Of a stretch of DNA of 64,000 nt, positions 1-13,400 are shown piece by piece. The notes under the pieces are model-generated. The model was not told the DNA's origin and made no database searches. It worked only from the letters and a program-made list of their open reading frames with translations. Origin of the DNA: Peribolospora baueri. Taxonomy: Eukaryota. The stretch's first letter is position 1. Each line of letters begins with the position of its first letter. The stretch spans positions 124,001 through 188,000 of the forward strand of contig JAMDHS010000004.1 of assembly GCA_029717555.1 (NCBI GenBank), given 5' to 3'. The position numbers were made by a program, and so were the translations under genes.

Positions 1-2856
1 GAGCGTCGTCGTGTCGCCCCGCTTACGCCTTCCACTCCCTCTCGCTTCTCGACTGACTTGGCCTTTCTGCCTTTTACCGCGGCGTAGGTGGGATCGCGGT
101 CCACAGTCGCTCAAGGACTTGTTCAGGAAGCGGCAGTACTGCTTGCCGAGTAACTACAAGTCTAACGGGTTGCCCTCCTGCGAAGAGGTACCGAATTTGG
201 ACATGGAGGTGCTGTAAGTACCCGCTTACTTGACCTTCTCCTCAGACCCGTCGGTGAAATTGGGTGGACCTTGCTTAAGGAGTCGACTAGCCGCTTTGCT
301 TTGTTTGACCCTCCTGTCCCTCCGTCCGCCTTTTGTTTCGTGCAGCAACTACCATCGACCGCTGATGGGAACCTTCCACTGCAAGATCCTCCTCGTCGAT
401 AGACAGGTGGCCCTCGTCAACTCTAACAACATCCAGGATAGGCCCAACCTGGAGGCTTGCGTCCGCCTCGAGGGCGATATCGTCAATTGTGAGTCGATCG
501 TCTTGGCTCGTTCGGGTGCCGAACTCTCCGTCGCACGAAGCGGTGGTATCGTTGACTTTTTTTTGTCGACGCGCAGCCGTGTATGACCACTTCCTTCTCA
601 CATGGGGCAACGAGCCCCAGCCTGCCATGCCATGTATCGCCGACCCCGCACCGGCGCAGCCGCCGCCGGAAGCGTTCGGTCCACTCAACGAGACGCTCCC
701 CAAAATGACCATTGACACCCTCCGCGACGCCGCTCAGAGAGCCCGCGACCGGCTCAACAAGAACGACCGAGAGGCGCACTCGCCCGTCACTCCTTCTCAC
801 CCTAGCCCCCTCAGCGGTTGGCCCAGCTTCCACGGCGCATTCGGCATGAGCGGCGAGGATCAACCCGGTCCCGGCCACGCCCATGATCAAGGACACGGGG
901 CGCAGGGACAAGGACAAGGACAAGGACAAGGACAAGGACAAGGAAGGCTCCACCTTGCGGACGTTGTCGAGGCTGTCATGAAGAGGGGCCAGATGGGCGG
1001 TGGAAGCGCGGGGACGAACAAGAACAGACCCGCCAGCGCGGGGCAGGCCGAGAAGGATGCCGCTAAACCTCTCGCTGTCGCCGTCGAGAAGCTCAAGGCG
1101 GAGGCGAAGCTGGACAAGCCAGCACAGGGTGAAGAGGCAGGTGCTCCCAAGGATGCCACGCCCGCCGTCGAAGGAGGCGAGGACGGCGCTGGAACCGCGT
1201 TTAAAACGGAGACGGAGAAGATCCTCTTCCCACCCCAGCTCGCTCAGGAGTCGTCGGCCGACGGTCCGACTATCGCGACCGACGGGAACGGGAGCAGCGC
1301 CGCCGCGACGCCAGATGTTCGGGTCTTGACCACGACTGGCGAATCGTCCCCCGGCGCTGGCGCCGCGAACGAGGAGGGGGAGGCGTCTCAAAAGGAAAAC
1401 GCCGCGTCTCATCTCTGCGTGCCGTCGTCCACGGACCCTGCGCCCACGGGCCGTGTACGGTCAAGCTCCACCGCCTCGTCCGTGCGCGCCGCCGGGGTGA
1501 CGCCCGGCTCCGAAGCGGTGCAAAACCACCGTCTGAACCTCTCCAAGCATTCGAACGCGAGCGTAGCCGAGCGCTTGGGCCACATCACCCGCTCGCTCAA
1601 CTTTGCCAACAATTCCCCTCTTAAGGGATATATCACCCCGGACGACGAGCAGGTATATAAGCAGGCGGCTGATTTTTGGGATTTTACCCCTTTTGTCTTT
1701 CACCGCCCGCATGCGCCTTTCCCGATGACCTTGGTCAATCGGAGGCCGCACGGCACGCCGGGACATTCGGGTGAGTTTCACGTTCGTCTTATCTCGTGGG
1801 GTTTTTTATTTACCACGATTCTCATCCTCACGTCCCGTTTTTCACTCACAGACATCCGCAACCCACAGGATGCTGCATGGCTCGCGGCGATGCGCTACGC
1901 TCGCAAGGTCATCTTTATCCAATCCCCCACGCTCAACGCGTCGCCTATCAAGGCAGCCGTGCTAAGCGCAGCGAGGAGACACGTCAAAGTCATCCTCTGG
2001 CTCGACCTCGGGTTCAACGACAAGTCGGAGAGCTTGCCCTTCCAAGGCGGCACGAACGAGGAGGTGGTCTCCATGTTCTACAAGACGCTTAGTAAGGAGG
2101 GCAAAGGGGACGAGAAGTATCTCGAGGTGGGTAGGATCGGGGCCAGGCCGGTATCTCGTGCTGCTCGGTTATGCGTGGCAGGCAGCGTGGGCTTGGGTTT
2201 CCGGTCAAAAAGTTCATTCTGTAAATCCCTACTTCGGCTCTCGCACGACAACAGGTGTACTGGTACACCGGCAAGGACATGACCCGACCGCTGAATGCCG
2301 TGCGCAAGCAACGCAATTGGTGAGCCGTCGATTTGCTCGGTGGCTCGAATTTTATGCTCTTCGTGCGTCCTGTCGAACCCTCACCCCGCTCACCGCGTCC
2401 TCTCCGCTCCTTTTGAATAGCCACGTCAAGTTCATGGCCGTCGATGACGAAGTCGGCATCATCGGTAGTGGCAACCAAGACACGCAGGTCAGTAGGACAC
2501 CTCCAGCGCCCACCGCGTCTCCCTCTCCGTTCGCTTACTCCGAGAGCGTCTCTCCGCCCATCCTGGCATCATTCGATTCGCACAGAGCTGGTTCCACAGC
2601 CAAGAGATCAACGTCATGTGCGACTCGAAGCAGATTGTCAAAGAGTGGATAACGGCTTTGCAGAAGAACCAGGTGGGTAGGGTCTCTTTTGGAATGTGAC
2701 ACTCGTCGTCGTGGAGATCATAGCCCCGCTGATGTTCCGGTGGGCCGTTTCCCGCGTCGCGCCCTTCAGAGCACCGGCATTTATGGCAAGGTCGACCAAA
2801 CCGACGGCATCTGGCGAGGCCGGGAAGGCAACGAACGGGCGGACAAAGGCGACTGA
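1..2856 (+). CDS. Phospholipase D/nuclease-superfamily protein with two HKD motifs; 5' end lies outside the window; multi-exon
   Basis: Spliced translation gives NYHRPLMGTFHCKILLVDRQVALVNSNNIQDRPNLE (HxKxxxxD no. 1, ~345-470) and RNCHVKFMAVDDEVGIIGSGNQDTQSWFHSQE (HKD no. 2, ~2310-2610). GT-AG introns join the pieces; last exon ends ...ERADKGD-TGA at 2854-2856. Confidence 0.88.
908..944 (+). repeat. (CAAGGA)n coding hexamer repeat, encodes (QG)n in the PLD low-complexity insert
   Basis: Directly visible tandem caagga units. Confidence 0.9.
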
Positions 2857-4118
2857 CGTTCTCCGCCGCCGCCGCCGCCGCCGCCGCCTTGTGTTTTGGG
2901 TCCAAATTCTCCTTCTCCTTCTTGTTCTTCTTCGTTCATTTTCATCGCTCCCGTCCTCTATCAAGGGATTCTTCCTTCGCTCCTTTCACCCTCTGCTCGG
3001 CACCCTACGAACACTCGCTCCTTGGAAAAGACTATCCTTCCCCCCTACTCAACCTGGAGTTATTCTTTCAATCAATACCCCTCTGCTTTCCTTGTCCATT
3101 TATCCATCTAACTACCTTGCTCGCCGTGGCTCCAGTTACCGCACCCGCACGTGCTCCCACTCTCCTTCCTTTCCTTTCCTTTGCTGCTCGCTCGCTGGTT
3201 TTGGCCGTCTGTCTATCTCTCGTTCACCGATTTCCAACACCATGTCGTGTCGGCCCAGCGACCCGCATCTAATCCACATTCTTCTCCTTGACTTTCTCGG
3301 TGCGAGGCGAGCTTGGCGTGGCGTAGCGTGGCGTCCCCTCTCCCTAGTCGCGAAAAATGGGCCCCTCCCTCTTGGCCTACGTCCGTCCGTGTAAGCTCAA
3401 AGAGAAGCGAAGCGTCTCGCGCTCAGCCATCGCGTCGCGTCGCGTCGCAAGCAAGCAAACGGAACGAACAGGAAAGAGCGAGGGAGCGAGCACAGAGAGA
3501 GGAGCTGTTGGCGCCGCTCGATCCACCGACGCCGGCGAGGTGCGGGCGGGCGGGGCGGACTTACTACTCTGCTGAGCGAGGAGAGACGCCCCCCGGTCGG
3601 TCTAGACTAGTCGATATTCCTTTCTTCGTCCGGCTGCCCCCGCCCCTCTCCCCCCCACCCCCCATCCGGATTAGACTGCCACGGGTCCCCCCTCCGACGT
3701 CGCTCTCTCGTTGCCGGCGTAGCGGGACGCCCTCGTGGTCATCAAGGTGAAGGACATGACTGTTGGAAGGAACAGAGACATACGATATAGGTCTTGGAGT
3801 CAGCAGTAGTCCAAAGCGGAATGGTCATGATAATGACGATCTCATTCACAAAGGCCTTCCGTGTCAGACAGCGAGCGGGCCAGTGAAGATCGCTCATGCA
3901 CACACGGACGGGATCTGGGCATCCCATCAGGACAGGCACGGATAGATTGATTCCAAAAGGAGACAAAACGAAGTCGCAACACTCGAAGAGGTACGAGTCT
4001 AGACGTAGGGACATCGGAGGGGGCGATGAAGGGAGGATACAGGGCTTCTGGTAATAGACAGCATGGCTCGGCCGCCGGCACTCGTAGCGACCGGGTGGGG
4101 TTACGCACGAATACGCGC

Positions 4119-5597
4119 TTAACCGGAGCCCTTGTAGACCTTGCCGAACATGATCTCTTGGAGCTTGTCGTAGCCGGAAAGGACACCAGCACCGGCGACA
4201 CCACGGAGGCTGAGGGCGAAGAAACAGGGCCGGAAGCGGCGAGTCAGCATGACGAAGCCAAGCCGACACAACTCCCAAGAAACAAGCTCACATGTTAGCG
4301 CCAGCACCCTTGAAGAGGGAGCGGATACCCTCGGCCTTGATGATCTCGGCGGAGGCGTGGAACATGTTGCGGTAGTGGACCTGGTGGACGAAAAGCGAAC
4401 GAGCGGAAGGAAAGGCGGGCTTGAGCGGGCAGGTCCGGCGAAGGAAAAGAAGGACGGACGCACCTTGCCACCGGAGGTCATCATCATACGACGACGGATA
4501 GTGTCAAGAGGGTACGAAGCGAGACCGGCACCGGTAGTGACACCCCAGCCGAGAAGGAAGGAGGCCAAGAAGTTACCCTCAAGAGGGCCCGTGAGAACGA
4601 CGGGCTTGAGCGAGTCGAACATGCCGAACTGTGATGTACGAAGAGGACGGGTCAGCAAGATGGAATCATGACGGGCACGGAGACGGAGAGGCAACACTCA
4701 CGTAGAGACCGCTGATGAAGTAGAGCGAGGCATATGAAGAGAGCGGGCGGAAAAAATAGATTGGTGAGAAGGTCGATTCGTTCGAGCACGCCAAACAGGG
4801 ACAACTCCAACTCACCGGTAGACGATGATGCCGACGACGGAGGGAACGAAGCCACGGTAGAGACCGGCAATACCGTCCGAAGCGAGGGTCTTCCTGTAGA
4901 CGTCGACGAGACCGTTGAACTGACGTTCTCCACCGCCCTTGGCAGCCGACTTGGCGTCGTTGGCGAGACGGGTACGGGCGAAGTCGAGGGAGTAGACGAA
5001 GAGGAGGGACGAGGCACCAGCGGCACCACCAGAGGCGAGGTTGGCGCCGAGCTGCTTGACGTAAGGTGCAGTCTTGGGGACCTTAAACAGGCTCTTGAAG
5101 AAGTCCTTGAAAGCAAAGTTGAGAGCCTGGGTGGGGAAGTAACTGGGTGAAATAAAAGGATGAAGGTAAGCGGGTGGGCTGATGTGGCAAGGAAGCCAGT
5201 GTGAAAAGGCTGCTTACCGGATGACGTTGGCGGTGTTACCCCTCCAGAAGGAGACGAGGCCCTCAGCCTGGTAGGTACGGAGGAAGCAGTCGCCGATGCC
5301 CTTGTAGGGGCGGGCGAGACGGCCCTGCTTGATCATCTCGTCCTGGTTCTGGACGAGGAGCTTGACACGCTCAATCGGGGCGGCAGCCGTCTTGGAGATG
5401 GCGGCGGAGACACCACCCATCATGAAGTCGGCTGGAGCGAACCAAGAAGAGGAGCCAGGTCAGCTACGTGAGCAGCACGGACGAGACGACCTGACGGGCG
5501 GGCCCATCCGGTTGAGCTGGCTGGGTCGCCGCCTGCTGTGTGGATACGCACTGGCGAAGGACTTGAAGTCCTTGGTCTTGATCTTCTCGCCAGACAT
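4119..5597 (-). CDS. AAC: Mitochondrial ADP/ATP carrier (adenine nucleotide translocator), multi-exon
   Basis: [58 protein letters not shown], and the signature RRRMMM ([15 protein letters not shown]). ATG at 5597, TAA at 4121-4119. Includes a 10-nt exon at 4702-4711. Confidence 0.97.
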
Positions 5598-6558
5598 GGC
5601 TGATGAGATGTTTTTGGGAGAAGCGGGAAGGGGAAAAGAGGAAGGGCAGCAGGAAGCGGAGGGAGTGGCGGCTCACTCAGCTCAAGGGGAAGCGAAGAAA
5701 AAAAGAAGGGGGAATGAGTGGGGGTGGTGAAAGAAGGATGGAAGGAGGAGGAGCGACGCCCGTCCGGCAAGAAAACTCTGCCCAGCCCTCTCGACGGCTT
5801 CGGCCGTGTGAAAAATCGGCAAACTACGGGACCCACCGCCGGAGCCACACTGACCGAGCCACGTCGCCGCAGCATCCTCGCCGCAGCCGCAGCCAACCCG
5901 AAGAGCCCGGCCACCGGTCGGCCCGGGCTTTCCTTTTCTTTTCTTTCTTTCGAATCCTTCCACGCCCGTTTTTGTTTTTCTTCTCTAAAAGGCTGGCGGC
6001 GTTCGCGAGCTGTGAACACCTGGAATTCCATGTCTTTCCATTCCCGTCGTCGGATCAGCCAAGGCTGGACGACCTGCTTCCCTTGCCGCAGGCAAATGCG
6101 CTTGCGAACCATATACAGCAATCCACCGAGCCGAGCACTGGCGGCCCTGATGCCACCTTTTTAAGGCGCATGTTAAGATTGCGAGGAAGACAAAGGGAAG
6201 GTATTGATACGGGTTACGATACAGTAAAAGTTCTACGACGCGGTGAAGGAAGGGTATGTATCGCCTGCGCATCCCGCACGTCGACGTCGACGTAAGGCGA
6301 GTTCGGCGGGGCGTGAGCGACACCCCACGCACGGCGCGAGTGCGGCTTGAGCTTCACGAAACGACGACGACGCGGTTCACAACGGCCATCGCATGTTGGA
6401 TCTTCGAAGGGAGAAGAAGGGAAGGGGGAATATAGAAAAAAAAATCGAAAAAGAAACCGACGCGGTCGGAATCATTCTAGCCTTCCGTTCCACCCTTCCA
6501 CTCATCCACATCCACCCCCCCCCCCCCGGTCCGGCTTCTAAGAAGGGAATCTCCGTTT

Positions 6559-9500
6559 TCACCGTTCCGCTTTCGAAACGTCCCCCTGATCGTTGACTTT
6601 CAGCCAGCCCTTGGGACCCGTCCAGCCGTGACGGCCAACGAGGAAACGGTGCTCGCAAACCTCCTCCGCCGTCGGCCGGTCACTCGGCTCGACCTCGAGA
6701 CACCGCTGGACCAAGTCCATCGCATCCTCGAGTCTACCCCCACCGTCCTCGTCGCCCATGTCCGCCCGCTCGCGGTCCTCGGGCGTCAGCGCGGGACTCT
6801 TGGGCAACTCGACACACCGGTCCCGAAGGCTTTGTTCAGCCCTCGAGCCGGGCGCGAGACCGAGGATGGCTTCTTCGCCGTTCCAGAACGGGCACTCGCC
6901 GCAGAGGAGCACGTAACCCACAACGCCGAGAGCCCACACGTCCTGTTCCTTGCCCCCGTACTTTTCCCCGCGTAGAATCTCCGCAGCGGCATAGTCAAGC
7001 GTGCCCGAAAAGGTGTCGAACAGTCGGCCGGGTCGGACGTGGGCCGCCGAGCCAAAGTCGATCAGTTGCAGGTTGCCATGGCCGTCGAGGATGCCTGCAG
7101 GAGGACGGCCGGGGAGAGAGAGTTTTGTCATAAGCGAAGAGCGCATTCAGTGCACGAGCACGAGGGATGAATGGGAAAGAAAGGACGCACAGTTCTCGTC
7201 CTTCACGTCGCGATGGACGATCGAGTTGGCGTGCAAGAACCGGATAGCGTCCGCGATCTGGCCGAACAAGCTCCTAGCGTCCTGCGGCGAGAGGCCGTCG
7301 GGAGCGCTCTCGACATAGTCGAACAAATCCTGGCCGACGCCAAAGCAAGGCATGACGAGGTAATAGAACTCTCGGTCCTCGAAAAAATCGAGCATCTTGC
7401 ACACGTTCGGATGGCCCACCTGGCCGCGCGAGTACACGTCTTCCGACGCCGCCGGGTCCGAGGTGGACGTGACGCCGTGACGGATGCGTGCCGACGACCA
7501 CGGAGGAACCTTGGCTGGGGGAACGTACGGAAGACGTCGTAGCTGATCCATGACGTGAATTTCGATAGGGATGGGCCCTAGGATTCTATGTCGTCGCCAG
7601 CAGTCGGCAAGAATGCGCGACTTGATGATGAATTTGATGATCACTTTTTGCTAGAGAAGGACGAAACGAAGCGAGAACGGAGACGGTCGGTCGGGTCAGA
7701 AGACCGCAAGAGGAACGGTCGTCATCCGCGTCCGCCGTGGCGCCCGAGCGCATACTCACCCCGACCGGTTTACCATCCTTGCCCCTCAACCTGGCTTTCT
7801 TGACGAGCCCATAAGCGCCCTTCCCGACGTCCTCTTCGATGATAAAGTCGGTGATCGACCTCGTCTGACCGTCCGGAAGAAGCGGGTAGTCGGCCGCGAT
7901 GGTCGCCACGGCCGTCTTGCGATCGATGTGGTGCTTGACGCGCTCGCCAGAGTGCGCTCGCGAGCCCGCTTGGTGTTCTTTGCTGACGTCTCGACTCGGC
8001 CGGAGGTCATGGACGGAGGCGGCGTCGAGCGTCACCGCCGTCTCGGCGATCACCCCTGAGTCGGCCCTGGCGTTCAAGTCCGCCTTGGCGACGGCGAGCA
8101 GCGCCTCGCTTGCCGGCGGCCGGGGCCGGTCGCCGTGAGCGGGCACGCCGGTAGACGACACGGCGCCCCTGTGCTCCTCGCCTGCCCTTTCGTCCATCCG
8201 TCCTCCGCGCTTCATTTCCCCTTCGCGCTCGGAGAGCAACAACACGCTGCTCGGACGAGTGTTCCCGCCAAGAGGGCTAGGCGAGACGCTCGTAGCGCCA
8301 CTAGGCGTGCCACTGCCACTGTCCGTCCCGTCGCTACCCTGCCCAAAGGAGAGATTCATGTTTCCGATCGCTTCCCTCACCTCGCGTACCGCTCTCTCCT
8401 CCTCCGCTGTCCGCCCCCCACTCAGCAGTCCGTCCGCTTCGGCGGCCAAGTCCGACGATGTGATCACCGCCCCGCTCGTGTCCAACAGATCGTCCGCGTC
8501 CAGTCCGCGGCTCTCGAGGTCTGCTCGAACAAGCTCTCGCCATTCGGCCGTCGTGGGCGTTCGAAGGACCAGCGACGTCGTCGTCGTGGACCGCTGGGCG
8601 TTGGAGTGAGTCAAGGGCGAGATTCGAGCGAGAGACGAGTAAGGGCTCGAGATGCGCCTGTTCAATATAGACCCTGGCGGTCCTCCTCCTCCCCCTCGCC
8701 GCCCTCCTTCCGACGGCGTGTCCGGCGCGTCGTCGGACCGGGAGGGATGTGGCTCGTCGCCGCCCGATTCGAAGCGCTCTAGGCCGTGGGTCACCAACCT
8801 GAGCGGCACGGCGGCTCCCTGGAGAGTGAATGTGACATCGGCTTCTTCTTCTCTCGACGCGCTCGCGGCGCCATCGGCGAGGGTGCGATTCGGGCTGCTC
8901 TCCTGCGCGCCGCCGCCGCCGCCGCTGCCGTCGACGGTGGTGGTGGACGTCGTGCTCATCGTCAGCCCGCCGTCGGTGCGAGTCAAGACCTGGTGACGCG
9001 AGAGGAGGGGCATGAGCGAGCTGAGCGGGGCCACCTGCGCAAATTGGTGGGGCGGGGCGTGGTGGTGAGGCAGGTGATAGGGAACGTTGGATGGGTATAC
9101 CGACGGCGCGGGCATAGCGCTCGCGCCCTGCCATTCCGCGCATTCGCGACAGCTCGGGCTCGGCGGCTGGCTCTGAGTCAGGCTGACGGGGCTGGCGAGG
9201 GTGGGGCCTCCGTCGTCGAAATCGGGGCTGAGGCGAGCATGGAGGGAAGAGTTGGATCCGGAAGACGGTAAACCTCCGTAGGGCCCGAGCGACGTGAGAT
9301 AGCTGGCGTCACGTGAAGATCGTCTGGAAGAGTGAGCAGAGCTGAACGCCGAGCTCGCGTTGGGATGACCGGCGAGCTGACTCCTCGTCCGCGCCAACAC
9401 GACGCCAGAGTGCCTTCGTGGCAGGGACGGGGCGAATTCGCGCGAGGTCACCTTGCGCCCATGATGGGCCTTGCCATCTTCTCCGTCCGCCGCCGCCGCG

Positions 9501-10420
9501 GCATCGCGCGCTCGGTCCAAAGAGGCGACGTCGACGGAAGGACGACGGAACTGGGACAAGGGAGGCGACGAAACGCGGTCCGGCGAGGGCCCGAGCGAGC
9601 GGGCGCCCGAACGGGATCCTGTGGCGGTCGGCGGGGCGGGAGGCATAATGGCGGGAGAGCGCATGCCTGGGTGGGGCGAGTTTCGGCCGGAGCCGTCGGG
9701 GGAATGGAGGGGCGTGCTGAGGGGTGAAGAGAGTGGAGAGGCGAGGAAGCCCATGGCCAGCGTTGCGTCCAAGTCGCGCTGCTTGCCCTTGAGTCCCGAA
9801 CCGTAGGACCAGCCCGGGTTCGGGCTCGAGGTGCGGGCGTCGGCGACGGCCGTCGTGAAGGGAAAGGCGGAAGCGCCGCTAACGGTGACGAAAGAGTTGC
9901 CGCTGAGGCTTTTGATGCCGGGTACGACCGGCGCGCACGAGCTGGGGGATAGTTCGAGCGTGGAAGGGAGGCCAGCGTTGGAGCGGACGGAGCTGGCGAT
10001 GGCGATAGAGAGAGGGGGTAGCAACTCGCCGCGATCGTTGGACGGCTTGGAGAGAGGTGGGGACCAGAGAGAGCCGGGGCCGTCGGAAGCGAGGCGTCCG
10101 AGGCCGTCTCTGCTCTCGCCGCGCTCGTGTGTTTGTGTCTGGTCTTGGCGGTGTCGAGCGTCAGCGTCGGACGAGGGGGGTGATGTGGACGCCGACGTGG
10201 GCGCGGAGAGATGGGCGGGCGTGGCGAGGCCGCTGGAAGAGGCGCCGAAGCCGGTGATACCACCCACACCGCCGAGCTTGCGGAGGGTCATGCCAGCGCT
10301 CCGGGCCTTCCTCCCATCCTCGTCCTCGGAGCCCGAGGCGGAGAGGAGGCTGCTCCTTGCGCTGCTCTTCGACTCGAGGGAGCCCCGGCCGGCGCGCACG
10401 CCGATCTCCTCGATGGGCAT
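6559..10420 (-). CDS. CAMK-group Ser/Thr protein kinase of the PAS-kinase (PASK/Psk1-like) type, with a long Ser/Pro-rich N-terminus; 2 introns
   Basis: GKGAYGLV glycine loop, VIIKFIIKSRILADCW, GPIPIEIHVM, HRDVKDEN, LIDFGSAA, DTFSGTLDYAAAEILRGEKYGGKEQDVWALG, all typical of PASK catalytic domains. Start codon is the first ATG of the long ORF and is less certain. Confidence 0.88.
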
Positions 10421-13400
10421 CGCGGGAGCCGCTCGCAGAGTGCGCGCTCACTCACAACCACCGGGAGAGGGAGAGGGCGAGTCGAAGGGAAGGTGGGGGC
10501 GGGAGGTGTCTCAGAGCGGGGGCTCGTGCGCGAGAGTGGCGGTGGGTAAGGGAGGAAAGGAGGAGGGGAGTGGTCGGGGAGAAAGAGGTGGAGGCGTAGC
10601 AGGTGGTGGTATGCTCGTCTGGGCTGGTATGCTCGCTCGCCTCGACTGGTATGCTCGTCGTCGTCGTCGTCGTCTGGCGGTCGCCGTCGTTGTTGTGGTC
10701 GGTGTTTTGTCGCCTTGACGGATTCAGTGCCCTGCCGACGACGTTTTTGTCTGATCCTGATCCAGCCTTGGCGGTCCGCCACGGCAAGGCAAGCGAAACT
10801 GCCTCCGCTCACGGTCACAGTCGCCCACGTGCGGACGGACGGAGCGGACGGAGGGTTAGCAATCGGGGCGAGTTGTCGATGGCATGGAACGGGAACGGAA
10901 CGGGGAGGAGCGACGAAGGGAGATACTGAACAATAAGTAAGAAGAGCAAGGACGACGAGGACGAGGTACAGACAGACAGACAGACACGGACTGCATAGCA
11001 TGGCATGGATGAGTGAGATCGACGGCGACCAACGAACGAACGTTCTGACACCCAAAACTGGTCACCTCACGGATTTGGATCGCATCGTCTCGCCTCGTCT
11101 GTTTAGGACGGCAACCAACCGGCGTCCCTTCTCTCCCCCTACATCTCTCCTTGCTAGACAAGGCTCGCATGGACCGCGCTCAGACACGCAGCCGGCGTTT
11201 TCCCGAACGCGAGAGAGAGAGGTCGAAATAACGAAGGTTCTCCTTGCGCACCACTGCGATGACCCGCGCTCAGCATCGTCGGTCAAAGTCCGTCGTTGAC
11301 CTTTGGTACGGGACGACACCCCGGCCGCTTCAGGTGAGCGCCTGATCGTCGTTCTAGAGGCGACATCACCGTCCCTCTATCCCTCCTCCGCTCTCCACGC
11401 CCGTTCGACTGCAATCGCAACCGAAAGGGCGGCGCTTCGTGCCGCGGCCGCCTTCGACAACAAGCAAGCAAACTTGCCGCCTCGACAAAACATCACGCGC
11501 GGGCCGCCCCTCGGCGCCTCGGCGAGAACTGTGGTGCCCGTCCAGTCGAGCACGTGCGCGACGAGCGTTCGACATGACAATGTCCATGGGTCCCGTCACA
11601 TCATGCGGCTTTCGGCCAAGGCGAAGAAGCAAAGGTCGGTGCTGAACGGCAGGCGCGGGCGGCGATGTTGTCATCATATGGTGGCCGGCTCCTTGACGGG
11701 TCCCCCAGCCCTTCATTCGGCTCGCCGCTTTACAAGGCTTCCCATGGAGCCGGTTCACAGTACGAGGTCTATCCGCGTCCAGGAAGCTCGAGGGCCCCTT
11801 GGCGGCGGACTGGACTTTTGGCGATCTTGGCTCGCCTCCTTGCCAGCTTCCCGCGCCTTCAAGCATCCCGCCAGCAGTTAAAAAAGTCCTTATTTACCGG
11901 TGAGGTAGACGGCATGCTTTGCCCCAAAGGAGCCATCGCTTTGGAAAGCGGCTGGGAGGGAAGCAGAGCGAAAAGAGACAAGCGAGCCTCCCTTTGGCGT
12001 TGGGGCAACGCATGAGTACCAAACGCAGTATCGAACCAAATAGCTACACGAGTCCGACGCCACTGTCCGCGTGCACCACGGCGTGCTCGGCCGTATTGTG
12101 GCCGTTTTGTTTATAAAACGTGGTGTGTCTCGACGATTCGACTCTGATACAAAGCAAAGGCACCGGGCGGGGCCGGCCAAGCGTGGGTCCTGTGTTCGCC
12201 GGATCTTGCTTCTGCAATGTTGAGCTCGGGCCCATTTAATTTAACACATAGACGGGAGTGGCGGCCATATCACCATAGCTCTGCTACCAAAGACGTTGTA
12301 TGGTCGGTGTTGGCGTCATGAGAGCATCGACTTGGGCGCTCACGTCTCAACCGTCTTCGATACGGAACGCCCTCTTCTACGACCACTGGTTTTTGAGTGT
12401 TAGCGCCTAGGTGATGGTTATCCATCCTCATTAAAGGGCATGGTCAAGGGGCTCGAAGATCCGGACTTGGGTTTGCGGAGCGAGTTCTGGCCAGTAGAGC
12501 GAGGCGTTGGAAGGACGAACGACGAATGCCCGCGACCGGTCAACTGCGGTCCATGAGCGAGCGCACTGACACATCTGTATGCACGTGACCGGCTGCTGCG
12601 GCGGAGACGACGAGCTAAGAAGCGCAGAGAAGGAAAACATGCGCGACATTCTCACCCGCCCACGAACGAAAGAGGTCCAGTTTCCGGCAACCTGTGCGCG
12701 AGTGGCAGGGCGAGGTTCTGTTGGTAGTGACAGGAGACGGCGCGATGGGCGAGTTGAGACAGAACAGATACGTGTCCCGCTCGACAAAGCGCGGTAGACG
12801 TCGTCGTCGGATTCGCATAGATGTTGTTCGGTATATAGTAAAGACGCTCGCATCGGCCGTCCGTGGGTGACAGCCGCCGAGTTTGCAGCCTTTGCGGCCC
12901 TGGCGAGTCCATCCGCCCAAACTTGACCGGCCTTTGTCCCGTCGGGTGGACCGGTCCTTCCATCCGCCATCTGTCGCTCCAACCGCGTTTACCGATGGCC
13001 TAGCTCGCCGCCTTAACCCATTGCCGTTTTCCCAGCGTTCTCGCGAGTCCCTTACCAGCTCTCCTGACTCGACTCTACCTCGCATCGGATCGGGTGGGTT
13101 ACGTTCATCCGTCCTTTTTGCAGTGATTCCGTTGGGCTGTCAACCTACTACGGTACAGCACCGTACATACTGCATGCAAGTGTCGTTTCGGAGGGTGGTC
13201 TGGTCCGGAAACGGACCACTTTTGGGCCGCGACACCGGACAGAGCGCGGCTTGGCGGAACGGATCGATGGCTCCGTGCCGAGCCGCTCTTTCCTCTTTGC
13301 CTCTTTTTTTCTTCTCGTCCGCCCACGCCGCCGAGCGCCCTCGATCGCCGCCACGTTGCCTAGGTAGCGTGTGCAGGCAGCATATGCTCGCATGTAGCTC

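Noticed and set aside
12258..12275. GCGGCCATATC resembling the 5' end of 5S rRNA
   Set aside because: Downstream 5S motifs (CCGATC, AGTAC, GGGAA) are absent at the expected spacing
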